From NCBI GenBank assembly GCA_965214935.1, contig CBDCCS010000016.1, positions 1 to 64,000 on the forward strand: DNA of 64,000 bases, written 5' to 3'. Below are positions 1 through 9,780 of this stretch, piece by piece. The stretch is from Candidatus Velthaea sp. (GTDB lineage: Bacteria > Vulcanimicrobiota > Vulcanimicrobiia > Vulcanimicrobiales > Vulcanimicrobiaceae). Position numbers and translations under genes: made by a program. The notes under the pieces are model-generated. The model saw only the letters and a program-made list of their open reading frames with translations. It searched no databases and had not been told where the DNA came from. Every line of letters begins with the position of its first letter. The first letter of the stretch is position 1.

Positions 1-1035
1 TTCGACGGCGGCCGGATTTCCGTTAAACGGCACATCGACCACGAGCGTTCCGTCGCGGTCGAAGAGCACCGCTCGAACCGGCGGCTGCGACGCGTGAACG
101 CCGCCGGCAAGCAGCGTCCGTAAGCGCAGGCGTCCGCGCAAACGGTGGTAGACGGCTGCAAACGGGATCGCAACGCTCGTAACGAGCATTTCGACAATTT
201 CGGCGCGCGTGCACGGACCCGGTGCAACGCGGCGGCGGGCAAAATCGAGCGTGACGACGAGCCAGCCGGCAGCGGCGGTCACGGCAACACCGCAAAGTGC
301 AACGGCAAGCACGTGCCGGCGAAAAGCGCCGCGCGGAGCAGCTGCGCGTTCGTACCAATCCGAACCGTGCAGTGCCTCCATGAGCACGTCGTCGGCATTC
401 CCGGCCTGCAATGCGATGCTGACGTAGTGACGCGCAGGCCCGACGGGATGCCGGCTCGAGCGGTGGCCGTCGACGATAGCGCCGCCGCGCGCCGTGATCC
501 GTAAGGCCAGATCCGCATCTTCGCGAAACGCGCGCCGGAAGCGTTCGTCGAATCCGCCTACCGCGACGAGCTCGCTGCGGCGGTAGGCGCAATCGGCAGT
601 AATCCAGCGCGCGCCTTGTAAGCCGGCGACGTTGCGTTCCCAATCGGTCGGTTTCCGATCGGCCGGTAACGGAACGCTAATCCGGCCTTGTGAACCGGCG
701 ACGCCGTCGCCGCAGCGTTGCACGTCGAGTTCGAGGTCTGCGAGCCAGTCGGCGCCGACGACGACGTCATCGTCGACGAAAGCGACCCAATCGGCAGTCG
801 AAGTACGCCAGCCGGTGTTTCGCGCCGCCGCAGGTCCGGCTGCTTTGCCGCTGACGACGTTGGTGATCGCAAGTAAAGCGGACGGCAGCCCGGGACGCAA
901 AAGCGGTCCGGCGGGACGGCGGCGGTCGTCGACGACGATAATCCGGTTCGGCATCGGCCCGCGACTAGCAGCGAGCGAGGCGAACAAATCGTGCAAAGCT
1001 GCACGACCGATCGTCGGAACGACGATGTCGATCAC
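1..1035 (-). CDS. GT2 glycosyltransferase fused to a HAD-IIIA (GmhB-like) phosphatase domain; runs off the window end
   Basis: Hand translation from GTG at 1035 (absent from the ORF track because there is no stop in the window): VIDIVVPTIGR, IVVDD, GPAAARNTG, WVAFVDDD, GGFDERF..REDADL (GT2), then VRAVLFDRDGTLVVDVPFNG (HAD-IIIA DxDGT motif). Start overlaps the upstream TGA (GTGA). Confidence 0.88.
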   Translation of the reverse strand, partial: MIDIVVPTIGRAALHDLFASLAASRGPMPNRIIVVDDRRRPAGPLLRPGLPSALLAITNVVSGKAAGPAAARNTGWRTSTADWVAFVDDDVVVGADWLADLELDVQRCGDGVAGSQGRISVPLPADRKPTDWERNVAGLQGARWITADCAYRRSELVAVGGFDERFRRAFREDADLALRITARGGAIVDGHRSSRHPVGPARHYVSIALQAGNADDVLMEALHGSDWYERAAAPRGAFRRHVLAVALCGVAVTAAAGWLVVTLDFARRRVAPGPCTRAEIVEMLVTSVAIPFAAVYHRLRGRLRLRTLLAGGVHASQPPVRAVLFDRDGTLVVDVPFNGNPAAVE

Positions 1036-2700
1036 GCGACGAGGTCGCGAACGCTTGCCGAGCCGCGCGTAAACGTGTCGCGTTTCAAAAGATACGGCCC
1101 AAGCGCCAATGCATCGACCGGCGCGGAACTAAAGCATTCCAGCGCATCGCGCGGATCGTCGACCATCGGCCGGCCGGCGGTATTGAGCGACGTATTGACG
1201 ACGGACGGGAACGCCGGTCAGACGCTCGACATGGTCGAGCATGCGCGCAACGAGCGGTTCGTGCCGGCGGTCGACGGTCTGCACTCGAGCGGTTCCGTCG
1301 ACATGAATGACCGCGGCGAGTTTTCGGTCCAATCCGGCACGACGCGGTGCGTGAAAAGCATATATGGACTTGGAACGGTCCGTCGAAAAGCTGCGGCGCG
1401 CGTTCGAGTAACGTCATCGGCGCAACCGGGCGAAACTGTTCGCGGCCTTTGACATCGTTGAGCCGGCGCAAATTATCGGCATATCGCGGATTTGCAAAGA
1501 GCGAGCGATGCCCCAGTGCACGCGGCCCAAATTCGCTGCGGCCTTGAAACCAGGCGACGATACCGTCGGCGGCGATGATCTCCGCGATCGCCTCTGCAAT
1601 GTCGGGTGGACGCGTGTAGAAGAGATTGGCCGATCGAGCCAACCCTGTAATTCACCGTCGGTCCACTCGCGACCGAGCGCTGCCGTTCGCATCGGCTGGA
1701 CGCGGTCGCCGCCCGCATGAGCGACGTAAAGTGCCGCCCCCAGCGCCGTCCCGGCATCACCCGCTGCGGGCTGCACCCACACCGTCTCGAACGGGCCATT
1801 CTCAGCTATATAACTATTCGCAACAACGTTGAGCGCTACACCGCCGGCGAGCACGAGTGCACGGTCGCCGGTCTGCACGTGCAACCAGCGTACGAGCTCG
1901 AGCAATACATCCTGTAAGACGGCTTGAACGCTTGGCGGCAAGATCGGCGTGTTCATCGGAAAAGGCTTCGCCGTCGCGGCGCAGCGGCACAAACTGCGCT
2001 AAATCGATTGCTCGCGCGACGAATTTTCCATCGCCCGTACCATGCATCGCGGCGGCGATCTGCGCGCGCCAACGCGGCTTGCCGTACGATGCGAGCGCCA
2101 TGACTTTGTACTCATCGGAACTGCGATGAAAACCAAGATGCATCGTCAGCTCTTCATAGCGTAAACCGAGCGAATGCGGAAGCGCGACATCTGCAAGCGG
2201 CGTGAAATCACCGCCGGTCGAGCGGCCGGCAAGGTACGACGTCGTTTCGCCGCGGCCGTCGGCGACAAGTACGCTGCAATCGCGATACGGACCGGCGAGA
2301 TAAGCCGACGCCGCATGCGCTACATGATGTTGCACGTAGCGTAATTTCGCGCGCTCGAAGCCGGGCAGCAAATCCGCAAGATGATTCGGTGCACGGCGTA
2401 CATAGAACGTGCGTAACGCCTCGTACTCATTGGTCGGATAATTCAATGCCGTCGGGCGGCGCAAGAGCAGGATCGTAGCTATATGCGATTGCATCCAAAT
2501 CGTGCGGCTCGATACCGGCCTCACGCAAACACCAGCGAGCAGCTTGCTCGGGCAGCTCCCAGGTTGAAAACGGCACGCACGGTTTGCCGTGCTTGCGCCG
2601 GCTAAAACGCTCTTCTTCCGCCGCAGCAACGATTTCGCCATTCACGACAAGCGCCGCCGCAGGGTCGTGAAAGACGGCATTGATGCCCAGCACGGTTCAT
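1032..2700 (-). pseudogene. NodU/CmcH-family carbamoyltransferase broken by 7 single-base indels (pseudogene or sequencing error)
   Basis: Collinear motifs across frames: LGINAVFHDPAAAL..EEERFSR, HHVAHAAS, DGRGE, HSLG, EYKVMALASYG, GGVALN, GDAG, GPRALGHRS, KGREQFRP, HVDGTARVQT, VNTSLN. Frame changes near 2695, 2439, 1932, 1630, 1372, 1322 and 1203. Confidence 0.85.
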
Positions 2701-2966
2701 TCGAATGAAGTGCCCGAACCGGTTGCTCGGTAAAACATGCCCGGCAGGTAGGCAAGTAACCGTTTCGGCGAGACATCGGCCCGCGGAGCGCAAGTTTGCT
2801 TTAGAAAGCTGGTTTGATCGGGCGCAAAGCGGAAAAAATAGAGCGGCAAATGTGACCGCCGACCGTTCGTGCAGCGGCGTTCGCAGCGGGTTCGGCCCGC
2901 TGTGAGGTCGGCGCACCGCTCGCACGTCTGCGTGCGTCAAACCCACCCGCGTGCTAAGGAGAAACC

Positions 2967-3536
2967 ATGGCAACACCGACCATCAATACCTATATCAGCG
3001 ATATGCTTGCGCTCGAACAACACATGCAGACGCCGCTGCAACATCAGATCGACGACTCCGACGTTCAGCAGTCGCCCGCGGCCATTCGTGTAATCCGCGA
3101 AACGCTCGCTACGGTCGACCAGCACATTGCAGCGCTTGAAGCTCGGCTCGACGCCGTCGGCGGCCACAGCGGATCGCCGGTGAAGAACGCCGTTTCGACC
3201 GTCGTCGGAGTCGCTGCGGGCCTGATCGATAAGACGCGAAAAACCGGCGTGTCGAAAGCGCTGCGCGACGATTACACCGCACTGTCGCTGTCGTCGGCCG
3301 GCTATACGATGTTGCACACGACGGCGTTAGGCCTCGGCGATCATGCAACGGCAACATTAGCCGAAACGCATCTAACCGACGTCGCAACGCAAATCATGAA
3401 GATCAGCAAAACCTTGCCGGTTGTCGTGTTAGCCGAGTTGCAAGAGGAAGGCGTTGAAGTTGAGCCGTCCGTTGCATCGACGGCCAATCGGAATGCCGAT
3501 CAAGCCTGGCAACAAGCCGGTTCGAGCGTCAACTAA
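2967..3536 (+). CDS. Ferritin-like (DUF892/YciE-type) stress protein
   Basis: Strong AAGGAG RBS; four-helix pattern YISDMLALEQH..QHIAALEARL..KALRDDY..YTMLHTTA. Confidence 0.7.
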   Translation: MATPTINTYISDMLALEQHMQTPLQHQIDDSDVQQSPAAIRVIRETLATVDQHIAALEARLDAVGGHSGSPVKNAVSTVVGVAAGLIDKTRKTGVSKALRDDYTALSLSSAGYTMLHTTALGLGDHATATLAETHLTDVATQIMKISKTLPVVVLAELQEEGVEVEPSVASTANRNADQAWQQAGSSVN

Positions 3537-3584
3537 GGCTGGTCCGTGCAACGTCCACCCGATGATCGAGCGCCGGCTCGATCG

Positions 3585-3623
3585 AAAGACGAGAAGCGAA
3601 CGTGCATCTCGTCTTTTTCTTTT
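3585..3623 (+). terminator. Intrinsic terminator, possibly bidirectional
   Basis: AAAGACGAGA-N12-TCTCGTCTTT followed by a T-rich tract, between convergent genes; second hairpin GATCGAGC/GCTCGATC just upstream. Confidence 0.65.
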
Positions 3624-3650
3624 CGAAACGTGGGCCGAGCGCCGGTGACG

Positions 3651-4886
3651 CTACGCGGTCCAATCGGTGATCGATTGCCACTGTGACGCCGGAAAGCGAT
3701 CTTTGTTTTTGATCGCTTCGAGGTATTTGCGTTTACCGGCCCGGTTGCCCTTACCGATCAAAACGCCGCCGACTAAGCGGTCTTCATGGAAATAGAGCGC
3801 GCGATAGTGTTTGAGCTCTTTATCGATCTTGCGCACCATTTCAAGATCGGTTCGGTATTCGGGCGACAGACCGAATTGCGTGATCGTTTGATCGGTAAAA
3901 ATCTTCGATGAATATTCCGGCACGTCGTGATAACGAACGTCGCCGCCGGCCATGTTCGCCGCCGCGACCTTGCCGTGTGCACCGGCGTTGTTCCAGGTAC
4001 CCATGCGATAGTGCATCTCGGCGATCGGATCGTAAAATTCGGCCGCATCGCCGGCAGCGAAAATGCCCGGTATTTCAGTCTCGAGCCGGTCATCGCAGCG
4101 AATGCCGTTGGTACCGGTTCTCGCAGCGGTTCCTTCGAGTAACTCGGTGTTGATCGTCAGTCCGAGTCCGACGCCGACGCAATCCGTCGCAATTTCAAGT
4201 CCACTGTTCGTAATAACTTTGGTTATCGCGCCGTTCGACCGAACGAGTTCTTTGATCTCCTCATTGTAGTGAATGTGGCAGCCGTCGGCATTGGCTGCTT
4301 CGTCGAGCAACTCGCCGGCGAACTCGTCCAGCATGCGGCGCAGAAAACGTGGACCGCGCACGAGCCAATGCGTCTCGACGCCGCGCGCGACGAACGCTTC
4401 GGCAAGCTCGTAGGCAATGAACGAACCGCCGACGGAGACCGCACATTTTGCCGTTTCGAGCTGTTGCGAAATTGCTTTGGTATCGTCCATATATTGAAAA
4501 TTATAGAGATTGTGTGCACCGGCGGCACCCGGTGCATCGCATGGATTCGGTTTACCGCCGGTGGCGACGAGCAAGGCATCAAACGCCCATTCACGGTTCG
4601 CGGCAAAGACGGTTTTGTCGACCGGATCGATCTTCTCGACACGAACGCCGAGCCGCAGATCGATGGCATGCTTTTCATGCCACGCCATGTCGCGAATGAT
4701 GACTTTGGCTTCACTGACTTGTCCGCGGAGAAGGGGCGGCAGCGCGATGCGATTGTAGAGCGGATACGGTTCGTCGGCAAACATGACGATCGACCCGGCC
4801 GGATCGAGCTTGCGTAGCTGCTCGGCAGCCGTCGTGCCCGCGAATCCATTACCAATGATGATGTACTTGCGCTGTTCGGAATTCAC
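3651..4886 (-). CDS. NAD(P)/FAD-dependent oxidoreductase (rubredoxin/ferredoxin reductase or NirB N-terminal-like)
   Basis: IIGNGFAG, YNRIAL, LVATGG, VGGSFIAYE, IFAAGD motifs. Confidence 0.85.
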   Translation of the reverse strand: MNSEQRKYIIIGNGFAGTTAAEQLRKLDPAGSIVMFADEPYPLYNRIALPPLLRGQVSEAKVIIRDMAWHEKHAIDLRLGVRVEKIDPVDKTVFAANREWAFDALLVATGGKPNPCDAPGAAGAHNLYNFQYMDDTKAISQQLETAKCAVSVGGSFIAYELAEAFVARGVETHWLVRGPRFLRRMLDEFAGELLDEAANADGCHIHYNEEIKELVRSNGAITKVITNSGLEIATDCVGVGLGLTINTELLEGTAARTGTNGIRCDDRLETEIPGIFAAGDAAEFYDPIAEMHYRMGTWNNAGAHGKVAAANMAGGDVRYHDVPEYSSKIFTDQTITQFGLSPEYRTDLEMVRKIDKELKHYRALYFHEDRLVGGVLIGKGNRAGKRKYLEAIKNKDRFPASQWQSITDWTA

Positions 4887-4965
4887 TACGGTCCCCTTAT
4901 TCGCGGCATTCGCCCGATAAATCTTCGCTTTATAAGACGCCCGGCCGCTAGTAAAGTTCGGCGCC

Positions 4966-5367
4966 GTGCGGAAGTCGCAGACAGCTCAAATCACCTTGCG
5001 GAGCACGCTGGAAATCAATCCCCGGCTCGTCAACCTTCTCGGGTCGTTCATCGGCGGGACAAACGCCTACGCGTTGGCCCGCCTCGAATTCGCAATCACG
5101 TTTCCCGGCCATCCGGCGCCGCCGCTGCTCGAGCGCTTGCCTGACGCCTCGGAACGAACCTTGCGCGAGCACTGGGATCGAATCGAACTGCAATTACACG
5201 GTATCGTCGACTACGTAAAAGCGATCGAAGCCGATGGGCACGGCACGCAACGTTCGGCGGCGGCGTTCAACACGTTGAAACGCACCGTGCGCGAACTCGA
5301 TCAGTATGCGCGCGCGATGCGCTGGGTGATGACGATAACCGAACACGATCCGACCGACGGACGTTAG
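4966..5367 (+). CDS. Hypothetical protein
   Basis: 133-aa helical ORF filling the gap between two minus-strand genes. Confidence 0.6.
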   Translation: MRKSQTAQITLRSTLEINPRLVNLLGSFIGGTNAYALARLEFAITFPGHPAPPLLERLPDASERTLREHWDRIELQLHGIVDYVKAIEADGHGTQRSAAAFNTLKRTVRELDQYARAMRWVMTITEHDPTDGR

Positions 5368-5380
5368 GCACGTCGCTCGG

Positions 5381-8300
5381 CTAGGCCGGCGAAACCTGCG
5401 GCCGCGTTTCGAGCGCAGCGGGCACACCAGCCGGAGCGAACCGCCGAAAGCGGCGCAGTGCGCTGTCCCAATCGGCCAGCAGTGCTCGTGCTCGTTCGGA
5501 ACCGGTCGCACGTGAATGCCGCTCGACGATATCGCGCAAGCGAAGCGCGGCCTTGTCACCGGGCGGGACCGGCGCCGACACCATTTCGGTCGGACCAACT
5601 CGCGTCGCGCCGTCCGCGTCAAGCACGAAGACCTCGCCACCCGACATGCCGCTGGCAAAGTTGCGTCCGGTCGCTCCGACGATGACGACCGTACCGGCCG
5701 TCATGTACTCGCACGCATGATCGCCGGCGCCCTCGACGACAATGGTCGCGCCACTATTGCGAACCGCCAGACGCTCGCCGGCACCGCCCGAAACGTAGGC
5801 TTCGCCGCCGCGCGCACCATAAAAGCAAGCGTTGCCGATCGCCGGCTCACCCGGATTACCCGGACCGCGCACGATGATTTTGCCGCCCTCCATGCTCTTG
5901 CCGACATAATCGTTCGCGTCACCGTCAAGTTCGAGCAGCAGTCCGTCGGTGATGAACGCGCCGAAGCTTTGGCCGGCGCTGCCGGCATAGCGCCGGGTAA
6001 CCCCGGCGGTCGCCTCACCGCGGTTGCGCTGGGTGACGATGGTGTGCGCGAGCCGTGCACCGACTGCACGATCGGCCGGGCCGATCGACATGATCCGACC
6101 GGAGACCGGATAGTCGTCGATATGACGTTCGTTACCGGCCGGTCCATCGATGATCTGCATGCGCTCGGGCAGGCGCAAGATTGCGCTGAGATCGATGTTT
6201 CGTTCCCAGCCGCCCAAATCACCACGCGGCCGAAGCAGATCCGAACGGCCATGCACCTCGGCCAGCGATCGCGCACCCAGCCGGGCCAATCGCCGCCGCA
6301 CATCTTGCGCGACGAACAGCAAATACGATTGGGCTTCTTCGGGCGTCCCTTTGAACTTGCGGCGCAATTCCGGATCTTGCGTTGCAATACCGACCGGGCA
6401 CGTATTTTTATGACATTGGCGTGCATAGATACAGCCCAGCGCGACGAGCAGCGCACTGCCCAGCGCAATGTCATCGGCGCCCAGCATGGCGGCCAGCACG
6501 ACGTCTCGACCGGTTTTGAAGCCGCCGTCGACGCGCAATTTCACCCGCGAACGCAGGCCGTTGGCGATGAGCGCGTGATGGGTTTCGACCAAGCCGAGTT
6601 CCCACGGTAAGCCGGCGTTTTTAATCGATGCCAGCGGTGATGCGCCCGTTCCGCCGTCGTGACCGCTGATATGAATGACGTCGGCGCGCGCTTTCGCGAC
6701 GCCGCTGGCGACGTAGCCGATACCGGCCTGGCTGACGAGTTTCACGGCGATACGCGCCTGCGGCGCGGCGCGGCGCAAATCGTAGATCAATTCGGCCAGA
6801 TCTTCGATCGAGTAAATATCGTGATGCGGCGGCGGCGAGATCAAGGCTTGACCCGGCGTTGCTCCGCGCAACAACGCGATCTCCGGCGATACCTTGAAGC
6901 CCGGAATCTGACCGCCTTCACCGGGCTTCGAGCCTTGCGCCATCTTGATTTCGATCTCATCGGCGCTGGCTAAATATGTTGCTCCGACGCCGAAGCGCGC
7001 GGAGGCGATTTGTTTGATCGTGCTGCGGCCCGAATCCGGTGTCCGCGCGTAACGGCGAACTTGCTCGCCGCCTTCGCCCGAATTGCTCAGCGCGCCAAGC
7101 CGCGCAGCGCCGATCGCGATCGTTTCGTGCGCTTCGGGCGACAACGCGCCGATCGACATTGCGGCGGTAACGAAGTGCTTGACGATTTCAGCGGCCGGCT
7201 CGATCGATTCGAGCTCGACGGCTTCACCCAGCGGAAGCGCTTCAACAAGATCGCGGAGCGCAATCGGCGGGCGCGCCTCCATCGTATCGGACAACTGCTC
7301 GAATGCCGCATAATCGCCGCGCATCGATGCCGCACGCAGCGTTTTTATGACGTTCGGATCGAAGGCGTGACGTACGCCGTCGCGCCGGAAACGAAAGAGG
7401 CCGCGCTCCGGTGGCGCTTCGTTCGCAGCGGCGCGCTCGTTCCACGAACGGATGTCGGCTTCAATGTCGTCGAAGCCGACCGCCGGAACGTGCGCGCGCA
7501 TCCCGGGAAAGCACGTTTGCATGATGTCGCGGCCGAGACCAAGCGACTCGAACGTCTGGGCACCGACATACGAACGCAGCGTGCAAATGCCGAGCTTCGC
7601 CAAGATCTTGATCAAGCCGGTTCGCACGGTCCCTAAGAATGCATTGCGCGTGCCGCTGATTTCGGCGGAACGTAGAGCAAGCCAGGGAGTTACGACATTT
7701 GCGCCGGCCGAAATGACCGTCGCGATCGAATGAGCGTCGCGCGCGAAGCCGTCGGCGGCGGCAAGCGAGGCGGCCATACGCAGACCGCACGCCGTCAAGC
7801 GTTGATGGACGGCACCGGCCGCGAGTACCGCCGGAACCGGAAACTCGGCATGCCGGTCGTCGAGGACGATGAACGACTTACCGGCCTTGACTGCGTTCTC
7901 GGCATCGTCGCAAATCGCGGCAATGCGCGCGGCGAGCTTCTTTCCGGCCAGATCGAGGGCGATGGTATGCTGGATCAACCGCGTATCGAAGCGCAACGAA
8001 TCAAACGCCGTTTCGTCGAGAATCGCAGTGTCGAGCATGACGATCGAGCCGGGCGCCGGCACGTCGCCGTTCGTATCGCCCGAACCGACCCAGGCCCGCA
8101 TGTCGAACACGAAGCCTTCGCGCAGCGAATCGATCGGCGGATTGGTGACTTGCGCGAAGCGCTGCCGTAAAAATGCGGCGACCGGCAAGCGCCGTTCGAG
8201 AAATGCCGCGGACGCGTCATCGCCCATCGAGGTGATCGGCTCGCCCGTGCCGCCGGCAATAACGCCGACCACATCCTTGAGCTCTTCTTTAGTATAGCCG

Positions 8301-9595
8301 AAACGGACGAAATCGCGATCGAGCGTCGCGCGATCGTGGAGCCGCGGCGCCGACTCCGGCATCTCGAAGCGCCACGAACGCACGACGGGTTGAAAATCGG
8401 CGCGTTCGCGCCGCTCGGCTAAGAAGGCCGCCGGTTCGACAAGTTCGCCCGAAGCGAAGCGCACCACGATGCGGCCGCCCGGACCTAACCGGCCGCGCTT
8501 AACGATCGGATCGCTGCCGAAATCGATGACGCCGGTTTCCGAGGCGCACAATACCTTGTCGGATGCCGTGCGACACCAGCGCAACGGCCGGAAGCCGCTC
8601 CGGTCGAGCGCAGCGCCGACGACATCGCCGTCGGTAAAGCACATGGCGGCCGGGCCGTCCCACGGCTCGACCGTCGGAATATGGGCATCGTAGTAGGCTT
8701 GAAGCCGGTCGTCGTCAACCGCCGGCGAAAGCATCATATCGATTGCCTGGTCGATGCGATAACCCGAACCCACCATCGCATCGACGTTCGTGTCGAAGTC
8801 GTGCGAATCGCTCGCCCAGCGCGGGGCGACGATGCCGCGCGCCTGCATCCAAGCGCGATTGCCGGTGATGGTGTTGATTTCGCCGTTGTGAGCGATGTAA
8901 TTGAAGGGCTGGACGAGTCGCCATTGCGGCGCCGTGTTCGTGCTGAACCGCTGATGAAAGACCGCAAAACGCGAAGCGAAACCCGGATCGCGCAAATCGG
9001 TAAAGTACGCGCCGAGTTCGTTCGAGGAAAGGAGCGCCTTGTAGACGACCGTCGTCGGCGATGCGCTCACGAGCGTCGCGGCGCCGCCGATTTCGCGCAA
9101 TACGCGGGTCACCGCGCGCCGCACGACCCGCATGCGTTCGCGAACGTTGCCCGGCCCCATATCGACGAGCAGCTGCTCGTACGACGGCGCCGACGCGCGG
9201 GCGAATTCGCCCAGTACGGCAGATTCGACACCGGGCGTGCGCCAGCGCAGCGGTGCAACGTCGTTGAAGCGCACGGCGGACTCGATTTGCCCGCGAATCG
9301 CCGCCGCTTCATCCGCTTCGCGCGGCAGATACAAGCAGATTGCCGCGACGTGGCGCTCGGGCACGCGAATATGCGATGCCGTGAGTTCGCGCAGATAGAG
9401 GGCGCGCGGCGTCTCGCACAAAATCCCCGCGCCGTCGCCGGTGCGACCGTCGGCGGCGCGCGCTCCGCGGTGCACCATCGCACCGACGGCATCGAGCGCC
9501 AAACGCACGATGTCGTGCGACGCCTTGTGAGTGAGATCGGCTAAAAACCCGATACCACAGGCGTCATGCTCGCGATCGACGTCGGCCCAATTCAT
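5381..9595 (-). CDS. gltB: Glutamate synthase large subunit (GltB / Fd-GOGAT type)
   Basis: EHDACGIGF N-terminal Cys, HQRFSTNT, HNGEINT, EPWDGPA, FAQVTNPPID, KMAQGSKPGEGGQ, 3Fe-4S motif CIYARQCHKNTC, GXGXG domain. Confidence 0.97.
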   Translation of the reverse strand: MNWADVDREHDACGIGFLADLTHKASHDIVRLALDAVGAMVHRGARAADGRTGDGAGILCETPRALYLRELTASHIRVPERHVAAICLYLPREADEAAAIRGQIESAVRFNDVAPLRWRTPGVESAVLGEFARASAPSYEQLLVDMGPGNVRERMRVVRRAVTRVLREIGGAATLVSASPTTVVYKALLSSNELGAYFTDLRDPGFASRFAVFHQRFSTNTAPQWRLVQPFNYIAHNGEINTITGNRAWMQARGIVAPRWASDSHDFDTNVDAMVGSGYRIDQAIDMMLSPAVDDDRLQAYYDAHIPTVEPWDGPAAMCFTDGDVVGAALDRSGFRPLRWCRTASDKVLCASETGVIDFGSDPIVKRGRLGPGGRIVVRFASGELVEPAAFLAERRERADFQPVVRSWRFEMPESAPRLHDRATLDRDFVRFGYTKEELKDVVGVIAGGTGEPITSMGDDASAAFLERRLPVAAFLRQRFAQVTNPPIDSLREGFVFDMRAWVGSGDTNGDVPAPGSIVMLDTAILDETAFDSLRFDTRLIQHTIALDLAGKKLAARIAAICDDAENAVKAGKSFIVLDDRHAEFPVPAVLAAGAVHQRLTACGLRMAASLAAADGFARDAHSIATVISAGANVVTPWLALRSAEISGTRNAFLGTVRTGLIKILAKLGICTLRSYVGAQTFESLGLGRDIMQTCFPGMRAHVPAVGFDDIEADIRSWNERAAANEAPPERGLFRFRRDGVRHAFDPNVIKTLRAASMRGDYAAFEQLSDTMEARPPIALRDLVEALPLGEAVELESIEPAAEIVKHFVTAAMSIGALSPEAHETIAIGAARLGALSNSGEGGEQVRRYARTPDSGRSTIKQIASARFGVGATYLASADEIEIKMAQGSKPGEGGQIPGFKVSPEIALLRGATPGQALISPPPHHDIYSIEDLAELIYDLRRAAPQARIAVKLVSQAGIGYVASGVAKARADVIHISGHDGGTGASPLASIKNAGLPWELGLVETHHALIANGLRSRVKLRVDGGFKTGRDVVLAAMLGADDIALGSALLVALGCIYARQCHKNTCPVGIATQDPELRRKFKGTPEEAQSYLLFVAQDVRRRLARLGARSLAEVHGRSDLLRPRGDLGGWERNIDLSAILRLPERMQIIDGPAGNERHIDDYPVSGRIMSIGPADRAVGARLAHTIVTQRNRGEATAGVTRRYAGSAGQSFGAFITDGLLLELDGDANDYVGKSMEGGKIIVRGPGNPGEPAIGNACFYGARGGEAYVSGGAGERLAVRNSGATIVVEGAGDHACEYMTAGTVVIVGATGRNFASGMSGGEVFVLDADGATRVGPTEMVSAPVPPGDKAALRLRDIVERHSRATGSERARALLADWDSALRRFRRFAPAGVPAALETRPQVSPA

Positions 9596-9780
9596 AAGAC
9601 GCGATACGTTAAGCGAAGTATACGCGGCCGCCGTTATCCAAATGTCGAGTTTACGCCATCTTCATTGTCAGGTGGACAACGCTTGTTTCCGCCAAAGCGC
9701 CCGGCAACCGAAGATTTATGCCAGCTCTCGACGCGGCGCCGAAAGTGCGGTGCCGAAAGTAACGAAGATTCGCCGCACCG

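Noticed and set aside
5516..9544. Long plus-strand ORFs antisense to gltB (e.g. 364 aa, 287 aa) and similar shadows elsewhere
   Set aside because: Typical antisense shadows of high-GC coding sequence, with no motifs.
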